Assembly: GCA_030704615.1 (NCBI GenBank)
Contig: JAKLZA010000081.1
Span: 1-13,000, forward strand
Origin: Takakia lepidozioides
Taxonomy: Eukaryota; Plantae; Bryophyta
Direction: 5' to 3'
DNA: 13,000 bases
Part shown: positions 8,739-13,000 of the stretch, piece by piece
How positions within the stretch are numbered: position 1 is the stretch's first letter
Layout of the letters: every line of letters begins with the position of its first letter
Position numbers and translations under genes: made by a program
The notes under the pieces: generated by a model
Databases searched by the model: none
The model's input: only the letters and a program-made list of their open reading frames with translations
What the model was told of the DNA's origin: nothing

Positions 8739-10868
8739 TCATCTTTCCAAGTCTCTTTCATCTTCAGGCATATCATTGCCACTTCCATTCTCATCTTCTT
8801 CCTCTTCTACTGGAGGTATTAGTTTGGCTTTACTTCTTGTTACTATCATTGTACTTACTTCTGGTACAACACATGGCCTAACCATGTGAGCTGCCACCAC
8901 TGGGCCCTCATTCACAGGAGCTCTCATCTCATTCTGGTGTCTTATCCAGAATGAACAGGCTGCCTTGCGATGTCCTGGCTGATTACAATAGTAACATAGC
9001 TCTTCACCATTGGGTCCTCGCCCTTGGTCTGTTCTTGGATTATTTCTATAATCCTGATTCCCGGGCTGGTAATTCCCCCTTGGATTACCCTGATAGTTGC
9101 CTCTGGAATTTCCTTGGTAATTCCCTCTTGAATTACCTCTCCCTTCCATGCCATTGTTATAACCACCAGACCTACCATAGTGGTCCTGATCATTTTCTTC
9201 TTGGCTGGGCTGCACCTGATGCACCCTTACTTGCCTAGGTTCTCTTGCAGCTGTCCTTCTGTTGTAGTAACAATTCTCAGTAGAATGGTTATCCATTTTA
9301 CAGATAGTACAGTGTTTCTCCTTCATGTGGCATTCTGTGGTGGTATGGCCTTCATTCTGGCACTTTGCACACCATACACCCTTCCTCCAATGTGTTGCAG
9401 CCTCTGTGGCATACTTCTTCAAGATTTCTTCCAATTTTTTTTCATAGTTATCCCTCTTCAACTTCTCCTTTCTCTTACTCTTCTTTTTAGTTCTTGCTCT
9501 TCTTCTTTCTGACTCATCCTCAGAGTCCTCATCTTCTTTTTCTCTCTCCTGAGCATTCCCAATTGCTCAATTCTGTTGCAGTTTCAAATGCCTCCTCCAC
9601 TGTATTATGGGGTAACATATCCACTTTCTTTGCAACTCTGGTCTTAGTCCACTCACAAACCAAGTCTTCTGTAAACCGGGTGCTGGTACTGCAGCCAGCT
9701 TTTTCATCATCAAATTCCATCTTCTCCATACTCTTCAACAGTTTCATGCTTCTTCTGCTTCAGCTGTTGTAAACTTCCATACACTTCATCCTCAGTTTTA
9801 CTTGTCCTGAACCTATTTCGAAATGCTGTATTCAAGCCATTCCAGGTTAGGGAAATGATTATCAGGGAATCTTGCATACCATTCACTTGCTTTCTTGATA
9901 AGTGAACAAGGAAACAGTCTCATCTTGGCATCATCGCCATTCTCATTGTTCACTATACACATGTGCTCAAATTGGCTAATGTGTACATCGGGATCCCCTT
10001 TTCCTGAATATATTGGAAAGGGTGGTTTTGCCCGTGTTGGTTGTAACGCCATCTGTGGCCCTACCTTTGCCCACTGACAGGTGCTGGCACCCTTGCTGGT
10101 GCTGGTCCTTCTGGACCTGTTGTTTTTGTGGTGGATCTTCCACCAAGTGGTGGCCCTTGAGCACTCCCTGCTTCTGGCCCCACGATATTCACAGTATTCC
10201 CAGCTTCAGTTGCACTACTTCCCACACTCCCTGTCCCCCCAGAGCCAGATCCAGGCAGCCCGCCTGATCCCCTGAGCCGACACCTTCGTTGGCCTGTGAT
10301 CCAAGTGCTGGGTCCACGGGTTGGGATGTCCTGGTTGTAGTCTCAACCTCAGCTGTTGGGTCTACTTCTTCATATTCTTCCTCTTCAATTTCTTCTCTCT
10401 GTTTTCATCCTCCAAGTTCTGCCCTTGGGTTTCTTCTTCACTCATGTAACTCAACTGTAATGGTGTTGGAGAGTCTGAACTCTCCGTTGGCTCTGCCACA
10501 TCCTCTTCTCCTTCTTCATCTTCTGCTTCAGAAACTGGAGTTCCTGCTTTTGGTGTTCCATGCCAACTCTTATCAAAGATTTCTGTCAAGTCTTTTATCC
10601 AAGGATGTACCTCAGATCTTTCACCTCGTGATTGATCTTCTTCCTGTACCAATTCCCTTAATCTTTCTTGCAAAGAAACAGAAGGAGTGGCATCCAACTC
10701 TAGTTCTTCCGGTATAGGTGATGCACTTTTTGATCTTGATGGTGTGAGAGGTCCAGATGATTCCCCTATGTCTATTCCTCTCTCCCAAAGATATGGATAA
10801 TTAGCTTTCAGATAGCTTTCTCTTTTTGATGAATATCTCTGTCGTCTAGCTTCTCTTTCATCACTCAT
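8739..10868 (-). pseudogene. gag: gag (frameshifted): acidic/disordered N-terminus, capsid-like retrotransposon gag domain, three CCHC zinc knuckles
   Basis: Fragments 10362-10868, 9813-10052 (FPIYSGKGDPDVHISQFE...MRLFPCSLIKKASEWY), 9529-9747 and 8739-9461 (CAKCQNEGHTTTEC, CTICKMDNHSTENC, CYYCNQPGHRKAAC). The start codon and gag/pol boundary are approximate. Confidence 0.88.
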
Positions 10869-10889
10869 GTCCCATGTCTTTCATTTCTT

Positions 10890-11450
10890 TTAATGTGGCA
10901 ATAACCAAAACTCTCTTCTGTAATATCTCTCGTATATGCCTGGGTTTCTTTCAAGCTTCAATGCACCCTTGGCTATACTTGAAGTCTCCGTTACCATATA
11001 ACCATATGGCAAACAAGTCTGAAAAGCTGTTCTTGGTGTGAGTTTGATCCACAAAATATCCTTTGGAATCCAATTCTTTACCAGTACAAGCTCTTCATGC
11101 ATATGAGTATAAACATTCACCTTTCTTTCTTCCCAGCCTTCAAACTCTACTCGTTTAATGGATAGCAATGCTATCACATAAACAATGTTGGTAACCAACG
11201 TGCTCTTCCTCTACAGGCTACCTGATAAATCTTTATCACTCCTTTCTCCAGACCCCATTCTGGATCAGCATCATGCACTCGTTTAAGAATATTTTCTTTA
11301 CAATCCGTCTGGCAATTCCAAGAACCTTTGAAAGAATTGTTTGGACAATCTTTCTTCTTCGTTCCACAGGGAATTTGATTCACTTCAAATTCTTTAATGG
11401 TCCAACCACCATGATCCCACCAGATGCCTGTCACATCTGGTTGTTCATGT
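10890..11450 (-). pseudogene. Putative small extra ORF between PBS and gag, unknown function
   Basis: Overlapping fragments 11174-11434 and 10890-11198 fill the whole leader and stop ~20 bp before the gag ATG (10868). Composition is protein-like but no domain is recognised. Confidence 0.45.
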
Positions 11451-11455
11451 CCCAG

Positions 11456-11473
11456 GTCCCAGTATGGTCGCCA
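11456..11473 (-). promoter_or_regulatory. Primer binding site TGGCGACCATACTGGGAC (probably tRNA-Arg type)
   Basis: Starts 2 nt after the LTR CA end and begins with TGG, the complement of tRNA CCA. TGGCGAC-type PBSs match plant tRNA-Arg 3' ends from recollection; the isoacceptor was not verified. Confidence 0.85.
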
Positions 11474-11475
11474 AA

Positions 11476-12406
11476 TGTCGCGCGGCTTTTACTCACCCAT
11501 CCCTTCGCTATCCGAGGCGGAAACTCCAAGATAGAAGAGTTGGAAATCTCTAAGTACTCAGCCCGCGCAGAACAATCAGTCATGACCTACAGCTAGTGTA
11601 TCATGGGGGTGTTTCCTATTTGTTTCCCTTTCCGCATTCATCTTAGCTACCTTACCATTGATAATTAAGTATCAGTTTGCTTCATCAATCTATCGGTTTC
11701 CTTCACTCATCCATTCAATCCACAGCTTCACTCAGATCTCTCTACACAGTGTGATTGTATCGTATAAGTATCAGATTATGATTTATCAGGTATCAGGCCG
11801 AAGCCATTGTGTCTCTAATCTGCTCTACAATATCACTACAGCTTTGCATATAACAAGCATCTACTAATCCTCTTTCCTCCTTCACCGTGCTCTCATCTTT
11901 GCCTCCGATCTCCGCTCCCGCCTGACTGAAGTCCTCCTCCGAATAATGATCCCCTTCATTCCCGTTCTCCCTTTATCCTCCTATCCGCGGTTCTAACCGT
12001 TTCCCTCTCTAACCGTCGTCTGTGAACTAACATGTTCCCTTCACAGGTGTTGTTCCCCACAGTCGTTCCCTGTCCTACTCTTCGTTCCCTATTATCGTGA
12101 CAGCTGTGTCAAGCGGTGACTGGCTGTGGCTGTGTCTGTGACGGGCTGTGACTGGCTGTGTGGCTGTGGGGCTGTGCTGTGTGACTGGCTGTGTGGGCTG
12201 TGTGCTGTTGTGACGGGCTGTGTGGGCTGTGTGGGCTGTGACGGCTGTGTGGCTGTGTGGGCTGTGTTTGTGTTGTGGGCTGTGTAACCCCCCTCTACAG
12301 TGCGCTGCTGTCACCCCTAAGGCTCCTGTTGGTCTCAGTCTGTGCAAAATTAAGGGTACCCTACAGATCCCGTATAAGTGTCTAAGTCCCCTACAGTCCT
12401 CTAACA
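11476..12406 (-). repeat. 5' LTR, 931 bp, TG...CA termini
   Basis: The outer end ...ctaaca(12406) is where identity with the other copy ends. The inner end tgtcg(11476) reads ...CGACA on minus, followed by TT and the PBS. Confidence 0.92.
12099..12286. repeat. Tandem array in 5' LTR of (G)GCTGTG-core monomers
   Basis: Dense ggctgtgtg/ggctgtgac units at the position homologous to 103-427, but shorter. Confidence 0.93.
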
Positions 12407-12867
12407 CCTCCCCAAAACCCTAATCATTCCCTACAGGTAGATTACTCCCCGACCTATCTGGAACCGTCTGGTAGGGGCTTCCATACCCGGGTTGATACCC
12501 GAGTATTTGTACATACCAGACCAACACTGGTTTAAAATGCAAAATACGACCCAATCTATTGGCCCTTTGTCAATACGGATGGAAGACGACGCCCACTACC
12601 AGTGTTAGGGGTGGTGCACAGAGTCATAATATTCATGATCTAAAAGAGAACCTTCATCTATCACCGAAGTACAACACACCTCTTTTGTGCATCATGCATA
12701 TTACAACAATCACATCACTCACATCCCTAATTCTTAATAAAGATAAGATTGAAAGTGACCAGCTAGTCACTGTGTGACTGGTTCTGATTTTCATAGGGAC
12801 CACCTTGAAATGAAGCAGTACCCGCAAAGGGAAGAGGTTCCTAGTTATGCTAGCTACGGCTGGCGCC

Positions 12868-12894
12868 ATATATATATATGTGTGTGTGTGTATA
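12868..12894. repeat. Compound microsatellite (AT)n(GT)n in flank
   Basis: atatatatatatgtgtgtgtgtgtata read directly. Confidence 0.85.
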
Positions 12895-13000
12895 GAAGAA
12901 GGGCCCACCGTCTCACGTATCTTATGTAGCTGTCATAGCCGGAATGGGCAGTACTCTCCTACACCCTCCGAGGAACTTGCCCCACCTTCTTCCTCATCCC

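Larger units (their letters stand above)
4884..8794 (-). pseudogene. pol: pol polyprotein (PR-RT-RH-INT), multiply frameshifted
   Basis: Consecutive overlapping minus-strand ORF fragments from 8794 to the stop at 4884 carry all four domains in Gypsy order. Confidence 0.95.
1..12406 (-). mobile_element. Ty3/Gypsy LTR retrotransposon, non-chromovirus (Athila/Phygy-like), near full length; 3' LTR truncated by the window edge
   Basis: Direct repeats at 1-547 and 11998-12406, with PBS and PPT at the expected inner LTR boundaries. Domain order gag-PR-RT-RH-INT is Gypsy. RT motif FMDGFSGYNQ and the RH-INT linker (DDQLPDASLF...YYLAHG...YKLGPDG) resemble plant non-chromoviruses, and no chromodomain follows GPY/F. 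The lineage call comes from motif recognition, not a phylogeny. Confidence 0.96.

Noticed and set aside
8739-8794. Programmed gag-pol frameshift
   Set aside because: It cannot be distinguished from the many other indels, and no clear slippery heptamer with downstream structure was identified.
11491-11498. Splice-donor-like GG|GTGAGT just upstream of the PBS (possible subgenomic RNA for the 3' ORF)
   Set aside because: It is a short motif expected by chance, and I found no convincing polypyrimidine-AG acceptor upstream of the accessory ORF.
1738-11867. Numerous plus-strand ORFs rich in F/L/S/C
   Set aside because: They are antisense shadows of the purine-rich minus-strand coding sequence, with no recognisable motifs.
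12415-12423. Telobox-like AAACCCTAA next to the insertion site
   Set aside because: A single copy of a common plant motif with no supporting promoter or gene context.
12559-12908. Short ORFs and small gtgac/gtcac inverted repeats in the flank
   Set aside because: No recognisable protein motifs, and stems of 5-7 bp are within chance expectation.

Overview
About 95% of the window (1-12406) is one near-complete Ty3/Gypsy LTR retrotransposon on the minus strand. It is a plant-type non-chromovirus, Athila/Phygy-like, with no chromodomain and no extra archaeal RNase H visible. In element orientation the order is: 5' LTR (12406-11476, 931 bp, TG...CA), PBS (TGGCGACC...), a small extra ORF before gag, gag with three CCHC knuckles, PR-RT-RH-INT(GPY/F), a ~650 bp spacer, a very large extra sense-strand ORF (~1100-1200 codons), PPT, and a 3' LTR (547 to beyond the window start). 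All coding regions are broken by small indels, many in homopolymers, while the catalytic motifs stay intact. The most notable features are (i) the large accessory protein, with a plant-transposon-protein-like N-terminal domain, a coiled coil and an unrecognised C-terminal domain, and (ii) arrays of a short (G)CTGTG motif in both LTRs and again just upstream of that accessory ORF. Together these suggest, as a hypothesis only, an element-encoded trans factor plus cis motif arrays. The last ~600 bp is unannotated flank.
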